A stretch of 64,000 nt of DNA. Source: Octopus sinensis. Lineage: Eukaryota. The notes below the pieces were generated by a model. It did not search any database and was not told the DNA's origin. It saw nothing but the letters and a program-made list of their open reading frames with translations. This document shows positions 13,220 through 26,427 of this stretch, in pieces; the stretch's first letter is position 1; each line of letters opens with the position of its first letter. A program made the position numbers and the translations under genes. Where the stretch lies: contig NW_021835991.1 in NCBI RefSeq assembly GCF_006345805.1, positions 442,137-506,136 of the forward strand, in the 5' to 3' direction.

Positions 13220-16200
13220 GAGGCTTGAAGGTTGTGGAGGACCTCATCATGTGAGTCGAGGACTTTCTTGTCGTTCATTTTAACAAAAACGCAGAAAATA
13301 TTTTTTTTTAATTTTTGGGCTTGAAAGTTTTGGGGACCACATCATGTGAGTCGAGGACTTTCTTGTTGTTCATTTAACAAAAACGCAGAAAATAATTTTT
13401 TTAAATTTTTTGGCTTGAAGGTTTTGAGGGACCACATCATGTGAGTCGAGGACTTTCTTGTTGTTCATTTTAACAAAAACGCAGAAAATAATTTTTTTTA
13501 ATTTTTGGCTTGAAGGTTTTGAGGGACCACATCATGTGAGTCGAGGACTTTCTTGTTGTTCATTTTAACAAAAACGCAGAAAATAATTTTTTTAATTTTT
13601 TGGCTTGAAGGTTTTGGGGACCACATCATGTGAGTCGAGGACTTTCTTGTTGTTCATTTTAACAAAAACGCAGAAAATAATTTTTTTTAATTTTTTGGCT
13701 TGAAGGTTTTGAGGGACCACATCATGTGAGTCGAGGACTTTCTTGTTGTTCATTTTAACAAAAACGCAGAAAATAATTTTTTTTAATTTTTGGCTTGAAA
13801 GTTTTGGGGGACCACATCATGTGAGTCGAGGACTTTCTTGTTGTTCATTTTAACAAAAACGCAGAAAATAATTTTTTTAATTTTTTACCTTGAAGGTTTT
13901 GGGGGACCACATCATGTGAGTCGAGGACTTTCTTGTTGTTCATTTTAACAAAAACGCAGAAAATATTTTTTTTAATTTTTGGCTTGAAGGTTTTGGGGGA
14001 CCACATCATGTGAGTCGAGGACTTTCTTGTTGTTCATTTAACAAAAACGCAGAAAATAATTTTTTTTAAATTTTTTGGCTTGAAGGTTTTGAGGGACCAC
14101 ATCATGTGAGTCGAGGACTTTCTTGTTGTTCATTTTAACAAAAACGCAGAAAATAATTTTTTTTAATTTTTTGGCTTGAAGGTTTTGGGGGACCACATCA
14201 TGTGAGTCGAGGACTTTCTTGTTGTTCATTTTAACAAAAACGCAGAAAATAATTTTTTTAATTTTTTGGCTTGAAGGTTTTGGGGGACCACATCATGTGA
14301 GTCGAGGACTTTCTTGTTGTTTATTTTAACAAAAACGCAGAAAATAATTTTTTTAATTTTTTGGCTTGAAAGTTTTGAGGGACCACATCATGTGAGTCGA
14401 GGACTTTCTTGTTGTTCATTTTAACAAAAACGCAGAAAATAATTTTTTTTAATTTTTTGGCTTGAAGGTTTTGAGGGACCACATCATGTGAGTCGAGGAC
14501 TTTCTTGTTGTTCATTTTAACAAAAACGCAGAAAATAATTTTTTTAATTTTTTGGCTTGAAGGTTTTGAGGGACCACATCATGTGAGTCGAGGACTTTCT
14601 TGTTGTTCATTTTAACAAAAACGCAGAAAATAATTTTTTTTAATTTTTTGGCTTGAAGTTTTGGGGGACCACATCATGTGAGTCGAGGACTTTCTTGTTG
14701 TTCATTTTAACAAAAACGCAGAAAATAATTTTTTTAATTTTTTACTTGAAGGTTTTGGGGGACCACATCATGTGAGTCGAGGACTTTCTTGTTGTTCATT
14801 TTAACAAAAACGCAGAAAATATTTTTTTTAATTTTTGGGCTTGAAGGTTTTGGGGACCACATCATGTGAGTCGAGGACTTTCTTGTTGTTCATTTAACAA
14901 AAACGCAGAAAATAATTTTTTTAATTTTTTGGCTTGAAGGTTTTGGGGACCACATCATGTGAGTCGAGGACTTTCTTGTTGTTCATTTTAACAAAAACGC
15001 AGAAAATAATTTTTTTTAATTTTTTGGCTTGAAGGTTTTGAGGGACCACATCATGTGAGTCGAGGACTTTCTTGTTGTTCATTTTAACAAAAACGCAGAA
15101 AATAATTTTTTTTAATTTTTTGGCTTGAAGGTTTTGGGGGACCACATCATGTGAGTCGAGGACTTTCTTGTTGTTTATTTTAACAAAAACGCAGAAAATA
15201 ATTTTTTTAATTTTTTGGCTTGAAAGTTTTGGGGGACCACATCATGTGAGTCGAGGACTTTCTTGTTGTTCATTTTAACAAAAACGCAGAAAATAATTTT
15301 TTTAATTTTTTACCTTGAAGGTTTTGGGGGACCACATCATGTGAGTCGAGGACTTTCTTGTTGTTCATTTTAACAAAAACGCAGAAAATAATTTTTTTTA
15401 ATTTTTTACCTTGAAGGTTTTGGGGGACCACATCATGTGAGTCGAGGACTTTCTTGTTGTTCATTTTAACAAAACGCAGAAAATAATTTTTTTAATTTTT
15501 TACCTTGAAGGTTTTGGGGGACCACATCATGTGAGTCGAGGACTTTCTTGTTGTTCATTTTAACAAAAACGCAGAAATAATTTTTTTAATTTTTTACCTT
15601 GAAGGTTTTGGGGGACCACATCATGTGAGTCGAGGACTTTCTTGTTGTTCATTTTAACAAAAACGCAGAAATAATTTTTTTAATTTTTTACCTTGAAGGT
15701 TTTGGGGGACCACATCATGTGAGTCGAGGACTTTCTTGTTGTTCATTTTAACAAAAACGCAGAAAATAATTTTTTTAATTTTTTACCTTGAAGGTTTTGG
15801 GGGACCACATCATGTGAGTCGAGGACTTTCTTGTTGTTCATTTTAACAAAAACGCAGAAAATAATTTTTTTAATTTTTTACTTGAAGGTTTTGGGGGACC
15901 ACATCATGTGAGTCGAGGACTTTCTTGTTGTTCATTTTAACAAAAACGCAGAAAATAATTTTTTTAATTTTTTACCTTGAAGGTTTTGGGGGACCACATC
16001 ATGTGAGTCGAGGACTTTCTTGTTGTTCATTTTAACAAAAACGCAGAAAATAATTTTTTAATTTTTTACCTTGAAGGTTTTGGGGGACCACATCATGTGA
16101 GTCGAGGACTTTCTTGTTGTTCATTTTAACAAAAACGCAGAAAATAATTTTTTTAATTTTTTACCTTGAAGGTTTTGGGGGACCACATCATGTGAGTCGA

Positions 16201-19200
16201 GGACTTTCTTGTTGTTCATTTTAACAAAAACGCAGAAAATAATTTTTTTAATTTTTTACCTTGAAGGTTTTGGGGGACCACATCATGTGAGTCGAGGACT
16301 TTCTTGTTGTTCATTTTAACAAAAACGCAGAAAATAATTTTTTTAATTTTTTACCTTGAAGGTTTTGGGGGCCACATCATGTGAGTCGAGGACTTTCTTG
16401 TTGTTAATTTTAACAAAAACGCAGAAAATAATTTTTTTAATTTTTTAGCTTGAAGGTTTTGGGGGACCACATCATGTGAGTCGAGGACTTTCTTGTTGTT
16501 CATTTTAACAAAAACGCAGAAAATAATTTTTTTTAATTTTTTGGCTTGAAGGTTTTGGGGGACCACATCATGTGAGTCGAGGACTTTCTTGTTGTTCATT
16601 TTAACAAAAACGCAGAAAATAATTTTTTAATTTTTTAGCTTGAAGGTTTTGGGGGACCACATCATGTGAGTCGAGGACTTTCTTGTTGTTCATTTTAACA
16701 AAAACGCAGAAAATAATTTTTTTTAATTTTTTGGCTTGAAGGTTTTGGGGGACCACATCATGTGAGTCGAGGACTTTCTTGTTGTTCATTTTAACAAAAA
16801 CGCAGAAAATAATTTTTTTTAATTTTTTGGCTTGAAGGTTTTGGGGGACCACATCATGTGAGTCGAGGACTTTCTTGTTGGTCATTTTAACAAAAACGCA
16901 GAAAATAATTTTTTTAATTTTTTAGCTTGAAGGTTTTGGGGGACCACATCATGTGAGTCGAGGACTTTCTTGTTGTTCATTTTAACAAAAACGCAGAAAA
17001 TAATTTTTTTAATTTTTTAGCTTGAGGTTTTGGGGGACCACATCATGTGAGTCGAGGACTTTCTTGTTGTTCATTTTAACAAAAACGCAGAAAATAATTT
17101 TTTTAATTTTTTGGCTTGAAGGTTTTGGGGGACCACATCATGTGAGTCGAGGACTTTCTTGTTGTTCATTTTAACAAAAACGCAGAAAATAATTTTTTTA
17201 ATTTTTTAGCTTGAAGGTTTTGGGGGACCACATCATGTGAGTCGAGGACTTTCTTGTTGTTCATTTTAACAAAAACGCAGAAAATAATTTTTTTTAATTT
17301 TTTGGCTTGAAGGTTTTGGGGGACCACATCATGTGAGTCGAGGACTTTCTTGTTGGTCATTTTAACAAAAACGCAGAAAATAATTTTTTTAATTTTTTGG
17401 CTTGAAGGTTTTGGGGGACCACATCATGTGAGTCGAGGACTTTCTTGTTGTTCATTTTAACAAAAACGCAGAAAATAATTTTTTTAATTTTTTAGCTTGA
17501 AGGTTTTGGGGGACCACATCATGTGAGTCGAGGACTTTCTTGTTGTTCATTTTAACAAAAACGCAGAAAATAATTTTTTTTAATTTTTTGGCTCGAAGGT
17601 TTTGGGGGACCACATCATGTGAGTCGAGGACTTTCTTGTTGGTCATTTTAACAAAAACGCAGAAAATAATTTTTTTTAATTTTTTAGCTTGAAGGTTTTG
17701 GGGACCACATCATGTGAGTCGAGGACTTTCTTGTTGTTCATTTTAACAAAAACGCAGAAAATAATTTTTTTTAATTTTTTGGCTTGAAGGTTTTGGGGGA
17801 CCACATCATGTGAGTCGAGGACTTTCTTGTTGTTCATTTTAACAAAAACGCAGAAAATAATTTTTTTAATTTTTTAGCTTGAAGGTTTTGGGGGACCACA
17901 TCATGTGAGTCGAGGACTTTCTTGTTGTTTATTTTAACAAAAACGCAGAAAATAATTTTTTTAATTTTTTGGCTTGAAGGTTTTGGGAAACCACATCATG
18001 TGAGTCGAGGACTTTCTTGTTGGTCATTTTAACAAAAACGCAGAAAATAATTTTTTTAATTTTTTAGCTTGAAGGTTTTGGGGGACCACATCATGTGAGT
18101 CGAGGACTTTCTTGTTGTTCATTTTAACAAAAACGCAGAAAATAATTTTTTTTAATTTTTTGGCTTGAAGGTTTTGGGGGACCACATCATGTGAGTCGAG
18201 GACTTTCTTGTTGTTCATTTTAACAAAAACGCAGAAAATAATTTTTTTTAATTTTTTGGCTTGAAGGTTTTGGGGGACCACATCATGTGAGTCGAGGACT
18301 TTCTTGTTGTTCATTTTAACAAAAACGCAGAAAATAATTTTTTTAATTTTTGGCTTGAAGGTTTTGGGGGACCACATCATGTGAGTCGAGGACTTTCTTG
18401 TTGGTCATTTTAACAAAAACGCAGAAAATAATTTTTTAATTTTTTAGCTTGAAGGTTTTGGGGGACCACATCATGTGAGTCGAGGACTTTCTTGTTGTTC
18501 ATTTTAACAAAAACGCAGAAAATAATTTTTTTAATTTTTTGGCTTGAAGGTTTTGGGGGACCACATCATGTGAGTCGAGGACTTTCTTGTTGTTCATTTT
18601 AACAAAAACGCAGAAAATAATTTTTTTTAATTTTTTGGCTTGAAGGTTTTGGGGGACCACATCATGTGAGTCGAGGACTTTCTTGTTGGTCATTTTAACA
18701 AAAACGCAGAAAATAATTTTTTTAATTTTTTAGCTTGAAGGTTTTGGGGGACCACATCATGTGAGTCGAGGACTTTCTTGTTGTTCATTTTAACAAAAAC
18801 GCAGAAAATAATTTTTTTAATTTTTGGCTTGAAGGTTTTGGGGGACCACATCATGTGAGTCGAGGACTTTCTTGTTGTTCATTTTAACAAAAACGCAGAA
18901 AATAATTTTTTTTAATTTTTTGGCTTGAAGGTTTTGGGGGACCACATCATGTGAGTCGAGGACTTTCTTGTTGTTCATTTTAACAAAAACGCAGAAAATA
19001 ATTTTTTTTAATTTTTTGGCTTGAAGGTTTTGGGGGACCACATCATGTGAGTCGAGGACTTTCTTGTTGTTCATTTTAACAAAAACGCAGAAAATAATTT
19101 TTTTTAATTTTTTGGCTTGAAGGTTTTGGGGGACCACATCATGTGAGTCGAGGACTTTCTTGTTGTTCATTTTAACAAAAACGCAGAAAATAATTTTTTT

Positions 19201-19320
19201 TAATTTTTTGGCTTGAAGGTTTTGGGGGACCACATCATGTGAGTCGAGGACTTTCTTGTTGTTCATTTTAACAAAACGCAGAAAATTGACTTGAAGGTTT
19301 TGGGGGACCTCATCATCGAG
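13220..19320 (-). repeat. Tandem satellite, ~64 copies of a 95-96-nt monomer
   Basis: Monomer catgatgtggtcccccaaaaccttcaagccaaaaaattaaaaaaaattattttctgcgtttttgttaaaatgaacaacaagaaagtcctcgactca repeated head to tail; inverted relative to 10986-11611. Copy number estimated from length. Confidence 0.98.
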
Positions 19321-20394
19321 GATATTCTTTCTTATTAAAATTTTTTGACAGGAAGGTTCTTAGAGGATATCAACCTTTTATTGTGCCTCATTATCGAATA
19401 ACTACAAAAGGGAAGGTTTTGACAATTTGATCTGGTTTGTAACAATTTGAATGTGGGTGTGCACAGACAGACAGACAGACACACAGACAGACAGACAGAC
19501 ACACACCATACCATTTTATTATTAAGACTACCAGATTGCCGATTTCCGAATCTAATCAATAACGATAAAATCAATTAAGCGATGCTAAGATAAACATATG
19601 CATGCGAATCGACATTTAGTAAACTGTTTGAATTAAGTGATTTGTTGCGTACTTAAACTTGTAAAATTAAAGCTAATTTTGATGTTTAAATAATAAATAA
19701 TTACTATAAAAATATTGGTGGCCCCTTTAATTTTTTTATGTTTGTGGCCCCTAATTAAAAAAGCTTGAGAATCACTGATTTATACCAGTAATTTTTGTCA
19801 ATATTCATTAAAAATTTTTATTGTGCTAATATCAAATAAATTACGAACGAGAGTATTTCTGTAAAATTTCCAGCTCAGCAATTAAAACTTGATTAAAAAA
19901 AGATCCCTACATGTTTAAATTGAAAGTAGAATTCAGCAATTCCAAAAGACTGGCAGATGTTCCTGAAAAGCATTTAAATTCGTTACTACATAAGAAAGTG
20001 TGGTAGCCAACCTAACCAGTCAAAACGCCACAGGGACATTGATGTTTAGCCAAAACGATTATCGAGACAGACTAAAATTCGTACTGATTCACAAAGAAGC
20101 ACTCAGACTACACTTCACTATAATTTGTAATTTGTTAAACAAATTATTTAATTGATGTTAATCCGACCGTTATCTGCTGGAGGTTAATCTCCTCCTTTTA
20201 GAGGAAAAAGTAACCAACACCACTCCTTGATCCTCTATCTCCAAGTTAGTTACGACTCTTTTCCCCTCATTCTCCATATTATCTTCGTACGAATGACTTG
20301 CTTCAATTAAGAGGCTAATAATTTGTAATACTGATATTAAATATCATTTAATTCGTCTGGAAAGAAATAAATTAAAAATAGAAAACATGACAAG

Positions 20395-20909
20395 TTACAA
20401 CAAACCAGCTCTGCAATACGGACAGGTCCATTTTATCTATATAATATAAAATAATCAAACTAAAATCCATTTCCTAGCACAAGATCGATGAAAAAAATGA
20501 GAACAAGGGAATTGAGCAATTTTTGAATTTATATTGTACATTTCAAGGCAAATTGAACAAACATCGTAATCTTTTTCACTCTTCAAAGTCCTGCGAGATT
20601 TAAGAATTGATTTGTATTTTTTAGGCTTCCCAAGTAAGAAATTAATTCTTCGCTTTTTAATACTTCTACGTCTTAAGTCCTAAAATGTATAAACACAGAT
20701 GCTACATCTTGATCGACTTCTAAACTGATAAAGTCAGAAAAATCTGGATATCGAGAAGATTGTTCTTCTTGAGTATCAAATTGGTACGATGGAGAATAAT
20801 CTGAATCGATTTCATAATAAATTTGAGTAATTAAAGGATGATCGTCTCGTGCTATTATGCGATACCCTAAAAGTTCGTCGTCAATTTCATTTTCTCCATT
20901 TCGCGACAT
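20395..20909 (-). CDS. Small RING-H2 finger protein (putative E3 ligase, ~154 aa)
   Basis: Introns 20680-20705 (26 nt) and a 24-nt intron join MSRNGENE... to CSICLEMYNINSKIAQFPCSHFFHRSCARKWILIKWTCPYCRAGLL*; C3H2C3 spacing intact. Confidence 0.85.
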
Positions 20910-22139
20910 TTTTACGTTTGATATGATTAAACAATATTGTCGCAATAGGAATAGGAAATTAAGCCAATAAGAGCAAGAAACTAATGATTTTATAGAAAAA
21001 CGTATTTTATAATTAAATAAAATAAAAAAATAATAATTATCTATAGAATATAAATAAAATACATAAAAATATTAATAAATTGATTTTATAGAAATTATTA
21101 TTCAAAATCAAGACATAGTTTTTCCAGGAGAATTTAAATATTTAGATTTAGCAAAACTAGCTTTTGAATATTAAATCTCTAACGTATTTTTAAAATGATT
21201 ATTCGATAATCGGATGGTACTAGTTTTTGGTTATTTTTCAAGTATCTAAAAACTATATTCTACAGTTGGAATTTTTCCATGTGATGCTAAAAATAGAAAT
21301 ATATTGGAAATTAATGCAATTTTAAATAGGAATTATTAAATTCCAATTTAGGATTCAAAATTTAATATAAAAGAAGAATTTCCGTTATTTTCCAAATGAT
21401 ATATAATTTGATAAGTAAAATTGATTATTCCGACATTTTTTTATTTAATTTCGACATGATTAGTTTTTATTGTATCTTTTTGTTATTTATAAAATTTTCC
21501 AAGTTTATTTTAAATTTCAAGACTTAATCTAATAATATTTTTCGCAATTCTTATTTAAATTAATTTAAATGCAAATTAAATGTAGTTGTCTACTGAATTT
21601 TTATTATGAATTTATTTATTTAGAAAACAGAATTTGAAGTATATTTAGAATAATTTATTTTTAAATTTCAAATTTAAAGTACTTTCAAAATCAGCTTTAA
21701 TTTAAACTTGAGTTCGTAGAAAATCATTTCTTTGGTATTTTTGGAAGGTTTGGAATGGATTTTTAATAAAAAACGCAATTTGATATGAAACATTTAAAGC
21801 AATTTAATTGTTTGTTATTTTAGGAATAATTTGGAAATTTTTTTCAAAAATGGATATTTAATCTGTATAATTATTTAGGATTTAATTAGCAGCAGAGGAT
21901 AAGATGGAATGGCTATTGGTATGCTTCGGAAAAGCCAGCTATTTTTTGAAAATTGACTGAAGCTCTAAGTGGGGAACTTGATTTTTTAAATTTATATAAA
22001 AATTAATAAAGTTCTTACAATCAAATTGTTTTAATAAACTTTGATAAAATTGGTTATGAATGCTTTTTAAAGCAAGGCAGTATGTTATTTCCGGTTCAGG
22101 AATTATTCCCAAAAACATTTCTGTAAAAGTAGCTAACTA

Positions 22140-22200
22140 TGTTAATAACTATAACATTAAAAATATTTTTAATTGCGATGAAACGGGATTAGGAATTAGA
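22140..22200 (+). pseudogene. Possible pogo/Tigger DDE transposase remnant
   Basis: YNIKNIFNCDETGL matches the pogo-family first-D motif; surrounding frames not alignable and no TIRs seen. Confidence 0.35.
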
Positions 22201-23160
22201 ACAAAAAAACGAGATTGTATATGTCTAACTTGGTTGAACATTGTCGAAGAAGAAATGATTCAACAAAACCGACAAAGTCAACAAAACTGAAGTAAAATCA
22301 TATATTCTCATTTGTAAACAATAACAGGAATAAATACATATGTAGATAACATTTTCAAATTTTTTCCAATTATTATAATTTCAGAAAAATATTAGGAATG
22401 AATTGTAAGAATTCGCGACAGGAGGAAAATTCACTGACTATTTAGATTCTTTTGAGTTTTGCGATTATATTTTTTGTGGCTGTTCAAATGGATACTTGTT
22501 CTTAACTGTGAAGGTTATTTTAAAATTAAAGATAATTGATTTTTTTGTGTTTTCTTTTTTCTTTAAATTAAAAGTATGACTTAAAAAACTGTTAAATTTG
22601 AATAAAAATTATTTTTCAGTAAAGAAACTCAGAAGGAATGCATCAATTTCGACAGAAAGAAACGATTGCTTAATTGAATTATAATTTTTTTGCATAACCC
22701 CCAAGTTGCACTTTAAAGTCGACAATTCAAGCAAAAACAGCACTCACAACATGCTAATCCAAAGCAGAGACAGAGGAAAGGAGTCGTTTGTGCCGAAATC
22801 TTCATTACAGTTTCGATGCCGAGTTCCCATTTCTGGCAGTTCCCTACCATCGCTGGCCAAACTTTATTTGTTTTTCGGGAAGGTTTTGCATAATAAAAAA
22901 TTGTCATTGATAATGTAAATAAGAGAAGATGGAAATCACCTTTAAACAACTGTGCCGTGCTAGAAGGACTCGCCGTCTCACGGGTGGGGAAGGTAGAGAA
23001 GATTAACCTCAGCTTAAAAGCAGCCTCATTTGGAATCGAACACACGACGGCTGTATTCTACCATCCCAAGCATACTTTTAGCCAACGGGTCATTTATAGT
23101 CATTTTATTGACTAGAACATAACAATTTATTATTCATTAATTAAATCCCAATAAATAGAG

Positions 23161-24963
23161 CAGTGGTTCTCAACCTTTATTTTTGTATCGCCCCCCTTGG
23201 AATTTTTTTCGCCTCTCCAATTTTTATATCGCCCCCTTATTTCATTAGTAAAAATTTTTATTTAAAAAATAAGAGTTTTAATGAGATCCTTGTGGTTGAT
23301 GAAGATTGACAAGTTTTTCAAAATTTGTACTTCTTTTCGTAAGTGTAATTCTAATGTCGCCTCTTTCTTCTATATTTAGTTTGTTTCTTTTTTTTCCGAT
23401 CATACTATTCAGAGTGCTGAATCCTCTCTCTACGCAGTATGACGTAGGAAAACCTAATATTATTGGCATCATTTTTTCCCATAATTTCGGGAATTTCATT
23501 TTTATAGATTTTTCTCCCCAGAATTGTGTCAGGTTTTCATTTTTAAATTTTATTTTCAGTTCTTCGTCGTTTTTTAGTTCTATTAATTCTTCTTGACATT
23601 CATCATCAGAATCATAATGAATGGGCAACCAAGGATTAATCATCCAATCAGAAAAGTTTAAATTAATTAAATCTTCAAATCTTTTTTTTCAAATCTTGTT
23701 CCAAAGATTCTAGATGAAATTCATAAATTTTCAGATCGTTGTCATCAAAAGTGTGGTCATAAAAATCGAATTTTCCAAACTTTCTATTACTTAAATTAAA
23801 TTTGTAAAATTGAATTTTTTCAATGAATGTATTTATAATTCGTTTGCAATTAATTAAATTAACATAATCTCCTTTTTTGCAATTAAATGATGCCGATGTA
23901 AAATACAATGAATTGAAGTGGACATTGGAGATTTTTGTTTTAGAAAAGCTAAAAAAAACCACGATATTTTCCAACCATAGCCATTGCGCCATCTGTTGCG
24001 CACGATAAAATATGTTCAAATGGAATATCATTTAAGAATAAATAAGATTCAAACATTTTGAATATTGAGAATCCTGTAGTATCCGTGACTAAAGATTTTG
24101 CAAATAATAACTCTTCTTGCAAAATAAAATCATCATCGAAATATCTTTATAAAAAGTAATACCTTACATATGCCATCAAAATTGACTGATTATCAACGAC
24201 AACTGATTCGTCAAGTTGGACTGAAAACTTGCGTTCTCTGAGAAATAAAATTAAAGATTGTTCAATTTCATTAGAAATTTCATCAATTCTTCTTCGTATA
24301 GTGTCGTTGCTTAATAAAATAGTCTTCATAATATTTGAAGAATCTTTTTGTAAAATAAATAAATTTAAGCAAAAACGGATGATATTTTCTGCAATCGAAT
24401 CGGCATTACCTATAATCTAAAATAATAATGCAACCAGTTTTTGCGATTATCCCTGCAAATTTATATGAATAAGATAATCCAGAGACATTTTGAAATCTAT
24501 TTTTATTAAAGATTGACGGTAAGGTGTTTTTTCAAAATTCTTTTTTAATTCTAGAAAAAGTCTAGCGTTTTCTCAACTGAATTATGTGTTTTCGCTTAAA
24601 ATGTTTAATCAAACAACACGGTTTCATAGCCTCATTCAAAAAGATTCTACCACATTGAAGACAGTGGTTTATTAGGATCCTGAGGATTTTTAATAAATCA
24701 AAGAGAAATATATTCATCTTAATACATTCTGACTTTTTTTTGAACACGACCCATAAAGATAACTAGAAATCACGCTTAGAAATTTAAATAAAATATAATA
24801 CAAATATCATGTTATTAGACTCGATTATATATCTTTATTTTTTCAAAGATTATTGACTTCTAACATAAGATTTTAATTTTTCAAATATTAGCAATCAGCC
24901 ATCGCCCCCCTGGCAGAAAAAATCGCCCCTAGGGGGCGAATCGCCCACCGTTGAGAACCACTG
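23161..24963 (-). mobile_element. hAT (Buster/ZBED5-like) DNA transposon, internally deleted and degenerate
   Basis: TIR CAGTGGTTCTCAAC, 8-bp TSD AAATAGAG both sides; fragments LSNDTIRRRIDEIS, FSVQLDES, CATDGAMAMVG, HCILHRHHL, FPTSYCVERGFS; core after the CxxH motif deleted; stops and frameshifts. Confidence 0.95.
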
Positions 24964-25407
24964 AAATAGAGCATTATTTGTGACTTAGTCAACGTGACTC
25001 TTATATGGTAGTGTTTCGATGTGGATCCATTAACCATCAGACCGAAGTATATACAAATTAAACATCAACAGTTAGTAATAAAAGAGTTTGTTCATTTTCC
25101 AGAATATTAAGAGACATTTGATAAATTTTGTCTCCGATTATAAAATGAGCTAGGACAGTTGAAATAAATTTATAATAAATCACTTAAATTAAAATATGAA
25201 AAATGACAAAACTCGAAAATTTTTTTTGGAAATATTCTTATTTGTTTAAAAATCTATAACCATCTCCCTTGTTCAATCACACTAATGTTTTCAAATTTTC
25301 AATACTTTTATTTAAAAAAATATTTCAAATTAATTAGCTGCTGCATTATATTAAATATTTTTTAATTCAACAACAAACTCAAATAACAAATAAAGAAAAC
25401 AAAACTA

Positions 25408-26001
25408 TCAAACTTTTGCCCGGCAATATGGGCAGGTTAATTTGCGAGATTCCATTTCTTTCAGCCATTTTTTAACACACGAGAAATGAAAAAAATGACC
25501 GCATTTGAGTTTAGCTACGTTTGTCTTTGGTTTGTACGTGTCAAGACATATAGAGCAGGTATCGTCAATTTTTACTTCCAGTTTATCATAAACACATTTT
25601 TTAATTCTTTTAAGTGCTGATTTTACTGACTTTGGTCTTATTTTCATTAAATACTTTAAAGAAATTAAACAAAATTAATTACTGGTTCAAAAAAATATAT
25701 ATCCCCAGCTTCCACCAGCCTCATAAATCGATCTATAAATAGCCTGTTCTTCATTCAAATACCGTGGAAAAATGTGGGGACATATTGTGATTCTCTATGA
25801 GTTACAAATTGATTTATACAGCTGGAGCAAGAATTGAATATCTCGATTCATTAAAGAATGCGGAGTGAAAAAATATGGCATTATATGACTAAAAATAAAT
25901 AAAATATAAATAGTACAAATAGAAACACCACAAATGCAATAAACAATTTCAAAATATTTATTGCATTTAAAATACTTTTTAAATAATCTTAATATTTTCA
26001 T
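25408..26001 (-). CDS. RING-H2 finger protein with hydrophobic N-terminal segment
   Basis: Last exon CSICLDTYKPKTNVAKLKCGHFFHFSCVKKWLKEMESRKLTCPYCRAKV*; upstream exons join through short introns, but an A7 run at 25689-25695 breaks the frame, so the 5' model is less certain. Confidence 0.7.
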
Positions 26002-26427
26002 TTATTTTGTGTTTATAAAATTGTATCTATTTTATGAACAGAGTTAGAACTAAAATAAAGGCTTATTAATTGGGTTCTGGTGTTGTGTATGGAATATCAA
26101 GAGAACTATGATATCGGTGATATGAAAGTAAATATATTAAAGTAAAAATAATTTTCATCATAATGTGGAACTACTGTTCAATAGCATAGGGAATATTCCC
26201 AGGAATTGTAGAGAATTAAATACACAAAATAAAATATCATTAGATTACAGAAGAGTCAAAGCAGTCAAAAAGATACGAGAAGCTTAAAAAAGGTTTTTGC
26301 AGATTTTATGAAAAAGAGTTAATGTGAGAATTTTTAATACGTTTAGACAAGTTTTGTGATAATTTTATAAGTTTTATTCAAATTTTAAATTGAATAAATA
26401 TTGCTTAGCAACGTTTGTTATTACAAA

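Larger units (their letters stand above)
11613..19527 (-). mobile_element. Internally deleted Helitron with large internal satellite
   Basis: Minus-strand 5' TC at 19527, (GTCT)n, 6-kb array, PIF1-like helicase remnant, 3' hairpin CTGCGAGCGTAGCGAGCAG (11622-11640); terminal CTRR missing. Confidence 0.8.

Noticed and set aside
11060-19266. Repetitive ORFs (MNNKKVLDSHDVVPQNLQAKKLKKIIFCVFVK)n
   Set aside because: By-product of 96-nt monomers; 95-nt variants break the frame often and co-vary with substitutions, so no frame is maintained.
13220-19320. CRISPR array
   Set aside because: No unique spacers, no cas genes, eukaryotic context.
19700-19780. Lone hAT-like end (gtggcccct...ttgagaatcactg)
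   Set aside because: No partner TIR or TSD found.
22700-23100. GC-richer block with 70-110-aa ORFs
   Set aside because: No recognisable motif or consistent spliced model.
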